Source: an uncultured delta proteobacterium (GTDB lineage Bacteria > Desulfobacterota > Desulfuromonadia > Desulfuromonadales > JACZKF01). Taken from it: 64,000 bases of DNA. The position numbers and the translations under genes are program-made. Location: assembly GCA_963816395.1 (NCBI GenBank), contig CAWFKQ010000006.1, forward strand, positions 160,001-224,000. The letters run 5' to 3'. Positions within the stretch are counted from its first letter, which is position 1. Every line of letters starts with the position of its first letter. The notes under the pieces were generated by a model. It worked only from the letters and a program-made list of their open reading frames with translations, searched no databases and was not told the DNA's origin. Below, piece after piece: positions 10,401-20,683 of this stretch.

Positions 10401-11210
10401 TTAACCCGCGGCCTTCTCTTCCCCCTGCCAGGCGGCCAGCTTTTCCTGGATGAAGGAGACCACCGCCGCCTGTGCCTCCTGACCGTTTCCGGTCACCGGC
10501 AGCGGCTCGCCAAAGGCGAAGTGGACCTTTTTCCCCGGGTTAATGGGGCCGAACTCCTTGATGAAGCGGCCATTCCCCCAGGCATCGGTTTTCAGGGCAA
10601 GAGGGACGACCGGTACTCCGGCCCGTTTTGCCAGCTTGACACCGATGGTATTGAACTCGGCCGGATCGAAATCCGGGGTGCGGGTGGTCTGGGGGAAAAC
10701 GATAATGGAGATGCCGCTCTCCAGGCGCTGCGTCCCCTCCTCCATGACCACCTTGAAATCCTCCCGCGGGTTGCTGCGCCCCACCACCACCGGATCGCGC
10801 GAGACCATGACATGGCGGAAGACGGGGTATTCCACCAGGCTTTTCTTGACCACGAAGGTGACCGGCTTGCGGGCGACGATCAGGGTGGGGAGAACAAAGG
10901 TTTCCAGCGTGCTCATGTGGTTGCCGAGGAAGACGCAGGGACCGTCAAGGGAGGTGAAGTTTTCCATCCCCTCGATCTGCAGACGCACCCCGACCGATTC
11001 CAGGGCGGAGAGGATGCTGGCGCTGCTGGCGCCCCACTCCTGGTCGCCATAGCGCCCCTGCCGGGCGCGGCGGCTGGCCCGCCAGACGATGCCGCTCATC
11101 TCGATATAGAAGAAAAGGGAAGGGCAGGCCCGGCGCCAGGCTGGCACCGGACAGCCCTCGGTCTGATACTCCCCGCCCTGAACAGGAGCCGTCTGGTTGC
11201 AAGGTGTCAT
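10401..11210 (-). CDS. 1-acyl-sn-glycerol-3-phosphate acyltransferase (PlsC family)
   Basis: NHMSTLE and FPQTTR motifs; GGAGGA RBS before ATG 11210. Confidence 0.85.
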   Translation of the reverse strand: MTPCNQTAPVQGGEYQTEGCPVPAWRRACPSLFFYIEMSGIVWRASRRARQGRYGDQEWGASSASILSALESVGVRLQIEGMENFTSLDGPCVFLGNHMSTLETFVLPTLIVARKPVTFVVKKSLVEYPVFRHVMVSRDPVVVGRSNPREDFKVVMEEGTQRLESGISIIVFPQTTRTPDFDPAEFNTIGVKLAKRAGVPVVPLALKTDAWGNGRFIKEFGPINPGKKVHFAFGEPLPVTGNGQEAQAAVVSFIQEKLAAWQGEEKAAG

Positions 11211-11307
11211 TCCTCCTGCAAAAATTTCGCGCCCTAATTTAGAGTCATTCTGCGAAGAGGGCAAATAAAAAAATGGGAGCTGTCGGGAGCCCGGGCGGAG
11301 CGAGGGA

Positions 11308-11838
11308 TCAGAAGATGGCAGCGATGCGCTCATAGGATTGGCGCAGACGGCGGGAGACGGTAGTCAGCATCCCCTGGAGCAGCTTTATGCCCAGGAGTGG
11401 GCGTTCCCGCAGCAGGCGCTGGTAGCTCTGCAGGGTGAGCAGGATCAGGTCGACATGGTCGAGGACCATGGCGGTTTCCGTCCTTGGACGGCCTTCCAGC
11501 GTGGAGAGTTCTCCGATCATGGCGCCGCGGCTGAAGATGCCGACGACGATCGGCTTGCCGCCGAATTCCGTCTTTTTGCTGATCTCCACCCGGCCGGAGA
11601 CGATGAAGGCGATGTAGTCGCCGCGCTCCCCCTCCTGCCAGAGGGAAGTTCCGGCGGGGAATTGCCGGCACTCGAAATAGCCGGCCACCTCGTCCAGGTC
11701 TTCGTCAGCCAGAAAACTGAGGAAGCGCAGCTCCCGCTTCATTCGGCCGCACAGCCGTTCCCGGCAATTCCCTTTGTTGCAGGGATCCGGGCCGGTCAGG
11801 ATTGTTTCATCTTCCAGATGTCTGGCGGTGGTCTTCAT
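11308..11838 (-). CDS. Cyclic-nucleotide-binding (Crp-like cNMP) domain protein without HTH
   Basis: IVSGRV...GAMIGELSTLEGRPRTETA phosphate-binding cassette. Confidence 0.85.
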   Translation of the reverse strand: MKTTARHLEDETILTGPDPCNKGNCRERLCGRMKRELRFLSFLADEDLDEVAGYFECRQFPAGTSLWQEGERGDYIAFIVSGRVEISKKTEFGGKPIVVGIFSRGAMIGELSTLEGRPRTETAMVLDHVDLILLTLQSYQRLLRERPLLGIKLLQGMLTTVSRRLRQSYERIAAIF

Positions 11839-11935
11839 GCATGGTTCTCCTTCTTCTTTCATATGATCCTGCACTCCATACTAAACATAATTGCGGCGAA
11901 AATCTATCTCCTTCCCTCCCGGGACGTCTGGGGGG

Positions 11936-11964
11936 TTGACAATTGTTGGTCAAGCCATTAAATT
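11936..11964 (+). promoter_or_regulatory. Sigma70-type promoter for the FmdB-like gene, overlapped by a TTGAC-N8-GTCAA palindrome
   Basis: TTGACA-17 nt-TAAATT. Confidence 0.55.
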
Positions 11965-11999
11965 ATCGGCAGAATTGATTCTCATTGGAGGTCTTCCCG

Positions 12000-12263
12000 A
12001 TGCCCGTATACGAATATCAGTGCGAAAAGTGTGGAATTGTCTTTGAGGCGATGCAGAAATTTTCCGATGCGCCGCTCACCGAATGCCGTTCCTGTGGTGG
12101 GCCGGTGAAAAAACTCATCTCGCAAACCGCCTTTTCCCTGAAGGGGGATGGCTGGTACCAGCAGGGGTACGGTGCCGGCGCCGACAAGAAACCTGCCGCC
12201 TGCCCTTCCGCGGGTGGCGGCGGTGGTTGTGCCGGCTGCCCGAAGGCGGCGGCAAACGAATGA
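12000..12263 (+). CDS. FmdB-family zinc-ribbon regulatory protein
   Basis: MPVYEYQCEKCG...CRSCG...FSLKGDGWY. Confidence 0.9.
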   Translation: MPVYEYQCEKCGIVFEAMQKFSDAPLTECRSCGGPVKKLISQTAFSLKGDGWYQQGYGAGADKKPAACPSAGGGGGCAGCPKAAANE

Positions 12264-12266
12264 CGG

Positions 12267-12300
12267 AAATCCCCGGAGCGAATCGATCCGGGGATTTTTT
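12267..12300 (+). terminator. Rho-independent terminator
   Basis: aaatccccgga / tccggggattt stem followed by a T run. Confidence 0.75.
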
Positions 12301-12357
12301 GCTTTCTCCTCCAAGCGGCGGTCGATCCGGTAATTGCCTGCGGATACAAAGGCCTGA

Positions 12358-13494
12358 ATGATTTTCCGACGGAATAAAAAACTGCTGTTATGGGCCGGTG
12401 GCATGCTCCTGGCCGGAGTTGCACTCAGCACCCTCTCCTGCACCAATATCGGCTATTACGCCCGCTGCACCGAGGGGCAGATAAATATCCTTGCCCAGCG
12501 TCGACCCATTACCGGCCTGATTCGGGAGCCGGACCTTTCCCGCGAGTTGAAGGACCGTCTGGAGAATGTGCTGCGCATCCGCGATTTCGCCAGCCGCGAG
12601 TTGCTGCTGCCCGAGAATGGCAGCTACCGCAGCTATGTGGACGTGAAGCGCCCCTACGTAGTCTGGAACGTGGTCGCTACCCCGGAGTTCGACCTGAAGC
12701 CCCTGCAATGGTGCTTTCCGGTCGCCGGCTGCGTCAATTACCGCGGGTTCTTTTCCCCGGAGGAAGCCGGAGACTTTGCCGCCGACCTGCGCCGCCAGGG
12801 TAACGACGTCTACCTCTACGGGGTTACCGCCTATTCCACTCTCGGCTGGTTCGATGACCCGGTTTTGAATACGTTCTTCACCCGCTCGGAGGAGGACCTG
12901 GCCGGCCTGATCTTCCATGAACTGGCGCACCAGAAAGTTTATGTAAAAAACGATTCGGCGTTTAACGAGTCTTTCGCCAAGACGGTGGAAATGGAGGGGG
13001 TGACCCGCTGGCTGAAGGCAAATGGTCAGCCGGAGCGCATCCGCTCCTATCTGGAAGGGAAGCAACGAAACAACCAGTTCATCGACCTGGTAATGGATTA
13101 CCGGAATCGCCTGCGGGAACTCTACGCCCGGCCCTTGGACGCGGATCATAAGCGGCGGGAGAAGGCGGCGATGTTCCAGGAGTTGCGTACCTCCTACGCT
13201 GCCCTGAAGGCATCCTGGGGCGGTTATCAGGGGTATGATCGCTGGTTCGCCGAGCTGAACAACGCAAAAATCGCCTCGATCAATACCTACCATACCTATG
13301 TTCCGGCCTTCCGGGCGCTGCTGCGGCAAAGCGGCGGCAATCTGGCCATCTTCTACCAGGAGGTGGAAAAGCTTGGCCGCCTTCCCCGGGAGCGTCGCCT
13401 GGCCCGCCTGAATGAACTCGGTCGCGGGCCCTTGGCTTCTCTGCCGCCCGCGGGCGACCGGCTGATACTCGGGCAGGCCTCGGCGCGGCAATAA
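12358..13494 (+). CDS. Putative zinc aminopeptidase (exported/lipoprotein)
   Basis: WCFPVAGCVNYRGFF, AYSTLGWFDDP, HELAH zinc motif, FNESFA. Confidence 0.85.
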   Translation: MIFRRNKKLLLWAGGMLLAGVALSTLSCTNIGYYARCTEGQINILAQRRPITGLIREPDLSRELKDRLENVLRIRDFASRELLLPENGSYRSYVDVKRPYVVWNVVATPEFDLKPLQWCFPVAGCVNYRGFFSPEEAGDFAADLRRQGNDVYLYGVTAYSTLGWFDDPVLNTFFTRSEEDLAGLIFHELAHQKVYVKNDSAFNESFAKTVEMEGVTRWLKANGQPERIRSYLEGKQRNNQFIDLVMDYRNRLRELYARPLDADHKRREKAAMFQELRTSYAALKASWGGYQGYDRWFAELNNAKIASINTYHTYVPAFRALLRQSGGNLAIFYQEVEKLGRLPRERRLARLNELGRGPLASLPPAGDRLILGQASARQ

Positions 13495-13560
13495 ATCTCG
13501 CCACTTACCCGCCGGTTTCACCAAATTCAACCTGATTTCCCTGTATACTGCTTCTTCTCC

Positions 13561-13589
13561 TTTACAAGACTCTGCCCCTTTCGTATAGT
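13561..13589 (+). promoter_or_regulatory. Sigma70-type promoter of the folD run
   Basis: TTTACA-17 nt-TATAGT just upstream of the GGAGG RBS. Confidence 0.55.
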
Positions 13590-13616
13590 TCATTTCATTT
13601 AGCGGAGGTCGGAAAA

Positions 13617-14474
13617 GTGAGTAGGATTATCGATGGCAAGGCAATAGCCGCCGATTTGCGGCGGACGATTGCAGCGGACGTGGCGCAATTGAAGGCCGCC
13701 GGCACCGTGCCCGGATTGGCAGTGGTGCTGGTCGGAGAGGATCCGGCGAGCCGGGTCTACGTGTCGATGAAGGAAAAAGCCTGCGCTGAAGCGGGCATCT
13801 ATTCGGACGAGCATAAGCTGCCGGCGGAAACGAGCGAGGCACAGCTGTTGGCACTGGTCGATGAATTGAATCGCAATCCGCGCATCGACGGCATCCTGGT
13901 GCAGCTTCCCTTGCCGAAGCATATCGACGAGAGCAAAGTGCTGGAGGCGATTTCGCCGATGAAGGATGTGGACGGCTTTCACCCCTACAATGTCGGGCGC
14001 CTGGCCGCCGGTATCCCCCTGTTTCAGTCCTGTACCCCCTTCGGGGTGATGAAGATGCTCGATGCCGCCGGCGTCGACCTGGCCGGCAAAGAGGTCGTCG
14101 TGGTCGGCCGCTCCAACATTGTCGGTAAGCCGGTGGCCCTGATGTGTCTGGCCCGGCATGCCACCGTCACCGTCTGCCATTCCCGCACCCGCAACCTGGC
14201 CGATCAGGTGCGGCGCGCCGATGTCCTGATCGCCGCCGTCGGCCGGCCGGAAATGATCAAAGGGGACTGGATCAAGGAAGGGGCGGTGGTCATCGATGTC
14301 GGGGTGAACCGGGTCGGCGAAAAGAAGCTGGTGGGGGATGTGGAATTCGAAGCGGCACGGGCGCGGGCCAGCGCCATCACCCCCGTTCCCGGCGGGGTCG
14401 GACCGATGACCATCACCATGCTGCTGTACAATACGGTGGAAAGCGCCAAGCGAAGGGCAAAGCAAGGGAGATAG
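13617..14474 (+). CDS. folD: Methylenetetrahydrofolate dehydrogenase/cyclohydrolase
   Basis: [37 protein letters not shown]. Confidence 0.97.
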   Translation: MSRIIDGKAIAADLRRTIAADVAQLKAAGTVPGLAVVLVGEDPASRVYVSMKEKACAEAGIYSDEHKLPAETSEAQLLALVDELNRNPRIDGILVQLPLPKHIDESKVLEAISPMKDVDGFHPYNVGRLAAGIPLFQSCTPFGVMKMLDAAGVDLAGKEVVVVGRSNIVGKPVALMCLARHATVTVCHSRTRNLADQVRRADVLIAAVGRPEMIKGDWIKEGAVVIDVGVNRVGEKKLVGDVEFEAARARASAITPVPGGVGPMTITMLLYNTVESAKRRAKQGR

Positions 14475-14530
14475 GGAGTAGGAAGATAGAAAATGCCTTT
14501 TCTATCTCACTACCTCCCTACTCACTGATT
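14466..14530. repeat. Degenerate purine/pyrimidine inverted-repeat element, same family as 4828-4883
   Basis: gggagatagggagtaggaagatag ... ctatctcactacctccctactc. Confidence 0.55.
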
Positions 14531-14533
14531 CTT

Positions 14534-15178
14534 ATGATCATCAGCGAACAGAAACCGAAAGAGGAGCTGCTGCAGGCGCTGGAAGGCAGCAACCGGGTGT
14601 TCCTGGTCGGCTGTGCCGCCTGTGCCACTGTCTGCAAAGCGGGAGGGGAGGAAGAAGTCTTCCGCTTGCAGGAGTGGCTGGGAACGGTCGGCAGGGAGGT
14701 GACCGGCAGCATGATCATCGACGAGGCCTGCCACATCATGCGCGCCGGGCGCGACCTGCGGGCGCACCGACTGCAGGTGGAGGAGGCGGATGCCGTGCTG
14801 GTGCTGGCCTGCGGCGCCGGCATCCAGTCCGTCTCGGCCGGTACCGAAAAGCGGGTGATCGGCGGTCTCAATTCGCTTTTTCTCGGGAATATTCGACGCT
14901 TCGGCCAGTTCGAGGAGAGGTGTTCCCTGTGCGGCGAGTGCATTCTCAACGAAACCGCCGGCATCTGTCCGGTCACTACCTGCGCCAAGGGACTGCTCAA
15001 CGGACCCTGCGGCGGCATGGAGGATGGCCGCTGTGAAGCCGACCGGGAGCTCGACTGTGCCTGGCACCTCATTTTCGAACGGCTGAAGCGACAGCGCTGC
15101 CCCGGCGTCTTTGCCCGCATCGTCCCGGCCAAGAACTGGGGGAAGGTGCGCAAGCCGGGCCGGCATAATATACGGTGA
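14534..15178 (+). CDS. metV: Methylene-THF reductase C-terminal-domain / MetV-like Fe-S-Zn subunit
   Basis: CSLCGECILNETAGICPVTTCAKGLLNGPCGG; directly upstream of metF. Confidence 0.8.
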   Translation: MIISEQKPKEELLQALEGSNRVFLVGCAACATVCKAGGEEEVFRLQEWLGTVGREVTGSMIIDEACHIMRAGRDLRAHRLQVEEADAVLVLACGAGIQSVSAGTEKRVIGGLNSLFLGNIRRFGQFEERCSLCGECILNETAGICPVTTCAKGLLNGPCGGMEDGRCEADRELDCAWHLIFERLKRQRCPGVFARIVPAKNWGKVRKPGRHNIR

Positions 15179-15288
15179 AACGTTAAATCGTCTTGGTCAT
15201 TGGGACCTGTTGAATTCATCTGTGCCGGACCAGAGGGGCCCCGGGACGAATGACCATTGACTCGTGGCCAATGACAGCCAAGGTTTTC

Positions 15289-16149
15289 ATGTCCCGATTG
15301 CAGCAGCAACTCGCCGCCGGCGAATTCGTGGTAACTGCCGAGGTGGCGCCGCCCAAGGGGGCCGATCCCGGAGAAGCTCTGGCGCGGGCAGCGGCCATGC
15401 CGTCGGCAGTAGCGGCGGTGAACGTCACCGACAACCAGGGGGCGAACATGCGGATGACCCCCCTGGCGCTGGCGGCGCTGCTGGTTCGGCGGGGAATAGA
15501 GCCAATCCTGCAGCTGACCTGCCGCGACCGCAACCGCATGGCCCTGCAATCGGACCTGCTCGGGGCGGCGGCGCTGGGGGTGGAGAACCTTCTGCTGCTC
15601 TCCGGCGATCATGCCCGTTTCGGCGATCATCCCGCGGCAAAGTCGGTTTTCGATCTCGATTCGGTGCAGCTGCTGCAGGCGGTGGCAGGTCTGCAGGAGG
15701 GGCACGATCTGGCCGGCCGGCCGCTGACCTCTCTTCCTGTTTTCTTCGGCGGGGCGGCAGCCAGTCCGGAGGCCGAGCCATTCGAGTTGATGTTTCAAAA
15801 AATCAGCAAAAAGGTGCAGGCCGGGGCACGTTTCTTCCAGACCCAGGCGGTTTTCGATCCGGAAAAGCTGGCGCGCTTCATGACCGCTGCCCGGTCGCTG
15901 GGGGTGCCGGTGCTGGTGGGTGTGCTGCTGCTGAAAAACGCCCGGATGGCCCGTTACCTCAATGAGCACATCCCCGGCGTGCGGGTGCCGGAGGCCCTGA
16001 TCGAGCGCCTCGATAAAACAGCGGAGCCGCTGAAGGAGGGCGTGGCCATCGCCCGGGAGATGACTGCCCACGCCCGCCGCCTCTGCCAGGGGGTGCACCT
16101 GATGACCCTGGGGCATGAAGAGAGAATTCCCGATATACTGCAAAATTAG
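15289..16149 (+). CDS. metF: 5,10-methylenetetrahydrofolate reductase
   Basis: EVAPPKG, NVTDNQ, QLTCRDRNR, SGDH, FFQTQ. Confidence 0.93.
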   Translation: MSRLQQQLAAGEFVVTAEVAPPKGADPGEALARAAAMPSAVAAVNVTDNQGANMRMTPLALAALLVRRGIEPILQLTCRDRNRMALQSDLLGAAALGVENLLLLSGDHARFGDHPAAKSVFDLDSVQLLQAVAGLQEGHDLAGRPLTSLPVFFGGAAASPEAEPFELMFQKISKKVQAGARFFQTQAVFDPEKLARFMTAARSLGVPVLVGVLLLKNARMARYLNEHIPGVRVPEALIERLDKTAEPLKEGVAIAREMTAHARRLCQGVHLMTLGHEERIPDILQN

Positions 16150-16233
16150 TGGGCGACCGGCAAAATCTTGATAAAATCGAAAGCGGTCCGTTGCCGGCCA
16201 GGTCAAAACCATTTTGCCATTTGCTGAGGGATT

Positions 16234-17328
16234 ATGCTGAAGAAGACCCCGCTGAACCGCCTGCACAAGGAACTCGGTGCCCGCCTGGTCGATTTCGGCG
16301 GCTGGGAAATGCCTGTCCAGTACCGTGGGGTGATCGAGGAGCACCTCGCCACCCGCAATGCTGCCGGGCTGTTCGATGTCTCGCACATGGGCGAGATCGA
16401 GGTCAGGGGGAAGGGGGCGCTGGCCTTCATCCAGGAGCTGACGGTGAACGACGCCTCGCGGCTGGTCAACGGCCAGGTGCAGTACAGCGCCATGTGCTAT
16501 CCGCACGGCGGCACGGTGGACGACGTCACTCTCTATCGCTTCGATGCCGAGCACTATCTCTTCTGCGTCAATGCCGCCAATACCGACAAGGATTTCGCCT
16601 GGATGGAAGAGGTCCTGGAAGAGGGCCAGTTTCCCGAGGTGATCCTGCGCAACGTCAGTGAAGAGTTCGCTCAGATCGCCATTCAGGGGCCGGCCGCCCA
16701 GGCCATTCTTGCCCGGCTGACCGAGACCGCTCTGGACAGGATCGCCTACTACCATTTTCACGAGGGGCTGGTGGCGGAGATCCCGACCATCATCTCTCGC
16801 ACCGGCTATACCGGCGAGGATGGCTTTGAACTCTACTTCGCTCCATCCGGTGCCGAGACGGTGTGGGCAGCCCTGCTGGAGGCGGGGGCTTCCGACGGAC
16901 TGACTCCGGTCGGTTTGGGTGCCCGCGACACGCTGCGGTTGGAGATGAAGTACGCCCTGTACGGCCATGAGCTCTCCCCCGAGATCTCCCCCCTTGAGGC
17001 CGGACTGGGCTGGATCACTAAACTGGAGAAGCCTTCCTTCATCGGCCGCGAGGCCCTGCTGCGGCAGAAGGAAGAAGGGCTTCCCCGCAAGCTGGTCGGC
17101 CTGGCCATGGTCGAGCCCGGGGTACCGCGCGCCGGCTATCCGGTGTTCGCCGAGGCCGAAGTGGTGGGGGAGGTGACCAGCGGCACCATGAGCCCCTCGC
17201 TGCGCATCGGCATCGGACTCGCCCTGGTCCGGCCGGACCTGACCGCCTTCGGCACCTCGCTGCGGGTCGGCATCCGCAGCCGGATGGTCGGGGCGCGGGT
17301 GGTCAAGACACCCTTTCTGAAAAAATAA
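16234..17328 (+). CDS. gcvT: Glycine cleavage aminomethyltransferase T
   Basis: [40 protein letters not shown]. Confidence 0.97.
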   Translation: MLKKTPLNRLHKELGARLVDFGGWEMPVQYRGVIEEHLATRNAAGLFDVSHMGEIEVRGKGALAFIQELTVNDASRLVNGQVQYSAMCYPHGGTVDDVTLYRFDAEHYLFCVNAANTDKDFAWMEEVLEEGQFPEVILRNVSEEFAQIAIQGPAAQAILARLTETALDRIAYYHFHEGLVAEIPTIISRTGYTGEDGFELYFAPSGAETVWAALLEAGASDGLTPVGLGARDTLRLEMKYALYGHELSPEISPLEAGLGWITKLEKPSFIGREALLRQKEEGLPRKLVGLAMVEPGVPRAGYPVFAEAEVVGEVTSGTMSPSLRIGIGLALVRPDLTAFGTSLRVGIRSRMVGARVVKTPFLKK

Positions 17329-17375
17329 CTGGGGATTGGTTACCTGTTGCATCCGCCAAGGATAAGGAGGAGATA

Positions 17376-17766
17376 ATGGAATTTCCCGAGGAACTGAAGT
17401 ACACCGAGGAACACGAGTGGGCATTGGTGGAAGGGGATATCGTCACTGTCGGCATATCCGATTTCGCCCAGGATGCCCTGGGAGATGTGGTATTTGTCGA
17501 ACTGCCCCAGGTGGGGGCCACGGTCGAGGCGGGGAAACCCTTCGGTGTGGTCGAATCGGTCAAGGCCGTTTCCGACGTCTACGCCCCGGTTTCCGGAGAA
17601 GTGGTGGAAATCAATGAGGAACTTCCGGACGCCCCGGAAACTGTCAATACCTCTCCCTACGAAGACGGCTGGATGATCAAAATCAAAGTGGCCGACCCGG
17701 CGGTGCTTGGATAGCTTGATGGATTCCGAGGAATACCAGGATTTCATCGAAGAAGAGGAAGGCTGA
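17376..17766 (+). CDS. gcvH: Glycine cleavage H protein; frameshift near 17710, probable true end 17766
   Basis: Lipoyl motif [10 protein letters not shown]-terminal [16 protein letters not shown] continues in another frame. Confidence 0.95.
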
Positions 17767-17847
17767 CTCGTCAGGCAGAAGGCGAAGGAAATCGGTTTCA
17801 ACCGTTTCTGACGCTAAATGCCATTTGCTTTTTGCCAGGGAGTTTCT

Positions 17848-19197
17848 ATGCGCTACATCCCTCATACCGCGGAGGATGTTCGAGAGATGCTGTCGGCGAT
17901 CGGGGTGGATTCGCTGGACCGGCTGTTCGACGAGATCCCCGCCGCTTTGCGCCTGCAGCGTCCGCTCGACCTTCCTGCGCCTTTGGCTGAATCGGAACTG
18001 CTGCGGGAATTCTCCAGCCTGGCCGCCGCCAATGCCACGGCCGCCGATCACGCCATCTTTCTCGGTGGCGGTGCCTACAATCACTTCATCCCGGCAGTGG
18101 TCGATCACCTCGTGTCCCGCAGCGAGTTCTACACCGCCTATACCCCTTATCAGCCGGAGATCAGCCAGGGAACTCTGCAGGCGGTCTTCGAGTACCAGAC
18201 CCTGATCTGCCAGTTGACCGGCATGGAGGTGGCGAACGCCTCGATGTACGATGGCGCATCGGCCTGCGCCGAGGCGGTGCTGATGGCGGTCCGCGCCACC
18301 CGCCGGCATCGGATCCTGCTCTCCCGCGCCGTTCATCCCGAGTACCGGCAGACGGTGGCCACCTACTGCCGATACCTCGAGGTGGAACTGGTTGAAATTC
18401 CCTGCGACGAGACCGGCCGCACGGACCGGGAAGCGCTGGCCCACGAGCTGGACGCCGGCACGGCGGCGGTCATTGCCGGCTACCCCAATTTCTTCGGGGT
18501 GATCGAGGATCTGGGCAGCCTGGCGGCGGCGGCGCACGGCGCCGGCGCGCGGCTGGTGGCGGTGGTCCAGGAGCCGATCGCTCTCGGCCTGCTGAAATCG
18601 CCGGGGGAGTTGGGGGCGGATATCGTGGTCGGCGAGGGGCAGAGTTTCGGTATTCCCCTCGCCTACGGCGGGCCCTATCTCGGCTTCTTCGCCGCCCGCC
18701 AGAAGGACGTGCGCGCCATGCCCGGCCGGCTGGTCGGCGAAACCGTGGATCTGGAGGGCCGGCGCGGGTTTGTCCTCACGCTGGCGACCCGCGAACAGCA
18801 TATCCGGCGCGAGAAGGCAACGTCCAATATCTGCTCCAATGAGGGGCTTTGCGCCCTGATGGCGACCATTTACCTGTCGCTGCTGGGGAAGCAGGGAATC
18901 CGCGAGGTGGCGAAGCTGAACCTGGCGAAGACTGCCTATGCCCGGGAGAAGATTGCCGCCCTCAAAGGTTTTTCACTGCCCTTTGCCGGCAATGTCTTCA
19001 ATGAGTTTGTGGTCGAGGCGCCGGAGGAGGCGGGGGCGCTGCTCGGTCGCCTGGAGAAGCAGGGGATCCTTGGCGGCATCCCCCTGGGTTCATGGTTCGA
19101 GGAGATGCCGAACCGCTTTCTGGTCTGCGTCACCGAACAGAATACCCGGGAACAGATCGATGCCCTGGTCGCTGCCCTGGGCGGGAGGAAATCATGA
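17848..19197 (+). CDS. gcvPA: Glycine dehydrogenase subunit 1
   Basis: YTAYTPYQPEISQG, REQHIRREKATSNIC. Confidence 0.96.
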   Translation: MRYIPHTAEDVREMLSAIGVDSLDRLFDEIPAALRLQRPLDLPAPLAESELLREFSSLAAANATAADHAIFLGGGAYNHFIPAVVDHLVSRSEFYTAYTPYQPEISQGTLQAVFEYQTLICQLTGMEVANASMYDGASACAEAVLMAVRATRRHRILLSRAVHPEYRQTVATYCRYLEVELVEIPCDETGRTDREALAHELDAGTAAVIAGYPNFFGVIEDLGSLAAAAHGAGARLVAVVQEPIALGLLKSPGELGADIVVGEGQSFGIPLAYGGPYLGFFAARQKDVRAMPGRLVGETVDLEGRRGFVLTLATREQHIRREKATSNICSNEGLCALMATIYLSLLGKQGIREVAKLNLAKTAYAREKIAALKGFSLPFAGNVFNEFVVEAPEEAGALLGRLEKQGILGGIPLGSWFEEMPNRFLVCVTEQNTREQIDALVAALGGRKS

Positions 19198-20651
19198 GAG
19201 TCGGGACGCGCGGACTGGTCCTGAATGAAAAACTGATCTTCGAGCACTCCGATCCGGGACGCCGGGGCTACAGTCTGTCTGCCAGCGATGTCCCCGCGGT
19301 GGAACTGCCGGAGGAACTGGTGCGTCAGGAAGTTTCCGGTTTTCCCGAGTTGTCGGAAGTCGATGTGGTTCGCCATTTTACCCGCCTCTCCACCTGGAAT
19401 TACGGGGTCGACGCCGGCTTCTATCCCCTGGGCAGCTGCACCATGAAATACAATCCCAAGGTGAACGAGGTGGTGGCGCGCCTGCCGGGTCTCGCCGGAG
19501 TGCACCCGGCGACTCCCGACCGGCTGACCCAGGGAGCGCTGGCCCTGATGCACGGGCTGCAGGAAGCCCTGGCGGAGATCTCCGGGCTCCCCGCCGTCAC
19601 CCTGCAGCCGGCCGCCGGTGCCCATGGCGAACTGACCGGAATGCTGATCGTCCGCGCCTGGCACGAGGCCCAGGGGAACCCGCGGCGCAAGGTCCTGATC
19701 CCCGATACCGCCCACGGCACCAACCCGGCCAGCGCCGCTCTCTGCGGCTACGAGGTGGTGCCGGTCGGTTCCGACGGCATCCTCAGCGCCGCCGCGGTGC
19801 GCGAGCGGATGAACGGGGAGGTCGCGGCCCTGATGGTGACCAATCCCAATACCCTGGGGCTGTTCGAGTCGGAGATTCGGGAGATCTGTGAGATCGTCCA
19901 CGCCCAGGGGGGGCTGGTCTACTGCGACGGCGCCAACCTCAATGCCCTGCTCGGGATCGCCCGGCCGGGGGACATGGGGATCGACGTCATGCATTTCAAC
20001 CTGCACAAGACCTTCTCTACCCCGCACGGCGGCGGCGGTCCAGGTTCCGGGCCGGTGGGGGTAACCCGGGAGCTGTCTCCGTTCCTGCCGGTGCCGGTGG
20101 TGGCCCGGACGGGTGAAACCTACCGCCTCGACTATGACCGGCCGCAGTCGATCGGCCGGGTCAGGGCCTTTTTCGGCAACTTCGGCATCATGGTACGCGC
20201 CTGGGCCTACATCCGCACCCTCGGGGCGGAGGGGTTGCGGCAGGCGAGCGAGATGGCGGTGCTCAACGCCAACTACGTACGGGCGCGCCTGGAAGGGAGT
20301 TATCATCTTCCGCACCGTCGGCGCTCCCTGCACGAGGTGGTCTTTTCCGATCGCGACCTGGGCGGGGGCTGCCATACCCTCGATGTGGCCAAGCGGCTGA
20401 TCGATTACGGCTATCACCCGCCGACCATCTATTTCCCTCTGGTGGTCAAGGGGGCGATCATGATCGAGCCGACCGAAACCGAAAGCAAGGAAGTGATCGA
20501 CGAGTTCTGCGACGCCATGCTGGCCATCGCCCGGGAGGCGGCGGAAAACCCCGCCCTGCTGCAGGAGGCGCCGCGCTGCACCCGCACCCGGCGCCTGGAC
20601 GAGACGGCGGCGGCGCGCAACCCGCGGCTGAAATGGGAAAAGGGGCCTTGA
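19194..20651 (+). CDS. gcvPB: Glycine dehydrogenase subunit 2
   Basis: PLGSCTMKYNP, PLP site NLHKTFSTPHGGGGPG, IEPTETE. Confidence 0.96.
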   Translation: MRVGTRGLVLNEKLIFEHSDPGRRGYSLSASDVPAVELPEELVRQEVSGFPELSEVDVVRHFTRLSTWNYGVDAGFYPLGSCTMKYNPKVNEVVARLPGLAGVHPATPDRLTQGALALMHGLQEALAEISGLPAVTLQPAAGAHGELTGMLIVRAWHEAQGNPRRKVLIPDTAHGTNPASAALCGYEVVPVGSDGILSAAAVRERMNGEVAALMVTNPNTLGLFESEIREICEIVHAQGGLVYCDGANLNALLGIARPGDMGIDVMHFNLHKTFSTPHGGGGPGSGPVGVTRELSPFLPVPVVARTGETYRLDYDRPQSIGRVRAFFGNFGIMVRAWAYIRTLGAEGLRQASEMAVLNANYVRARLEGSYHLPHRRRSLHEVVFSDRDLGGGCHTLDVAKRLIDYGYHPPTIYFPLVVKGAIMIEPTETESKEVIDEFCDAMLAIAREAAENPALLQEAPRCTRTRRLDETAAARNPRLKWEKGP

Positions 20652-20683
20652 GCCCCTTTTCTCGTCCTCGGTCCCTACCGCAA

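Noticed and set aside
13495..16233. THF/ZTP/SAM/glycine riboswitch before folD, metF or gcvT
   Set aside because: Leaders are short or occupied by repeat elements; no consensus recognised by eye (Rfam scan not run)
14518..17424. 968-aa minus-strand ORF and many other long antisense ORFs
   Set aside because: Shadow frames opposite well-supported genes in high-GC DNA; no recognisable motifs
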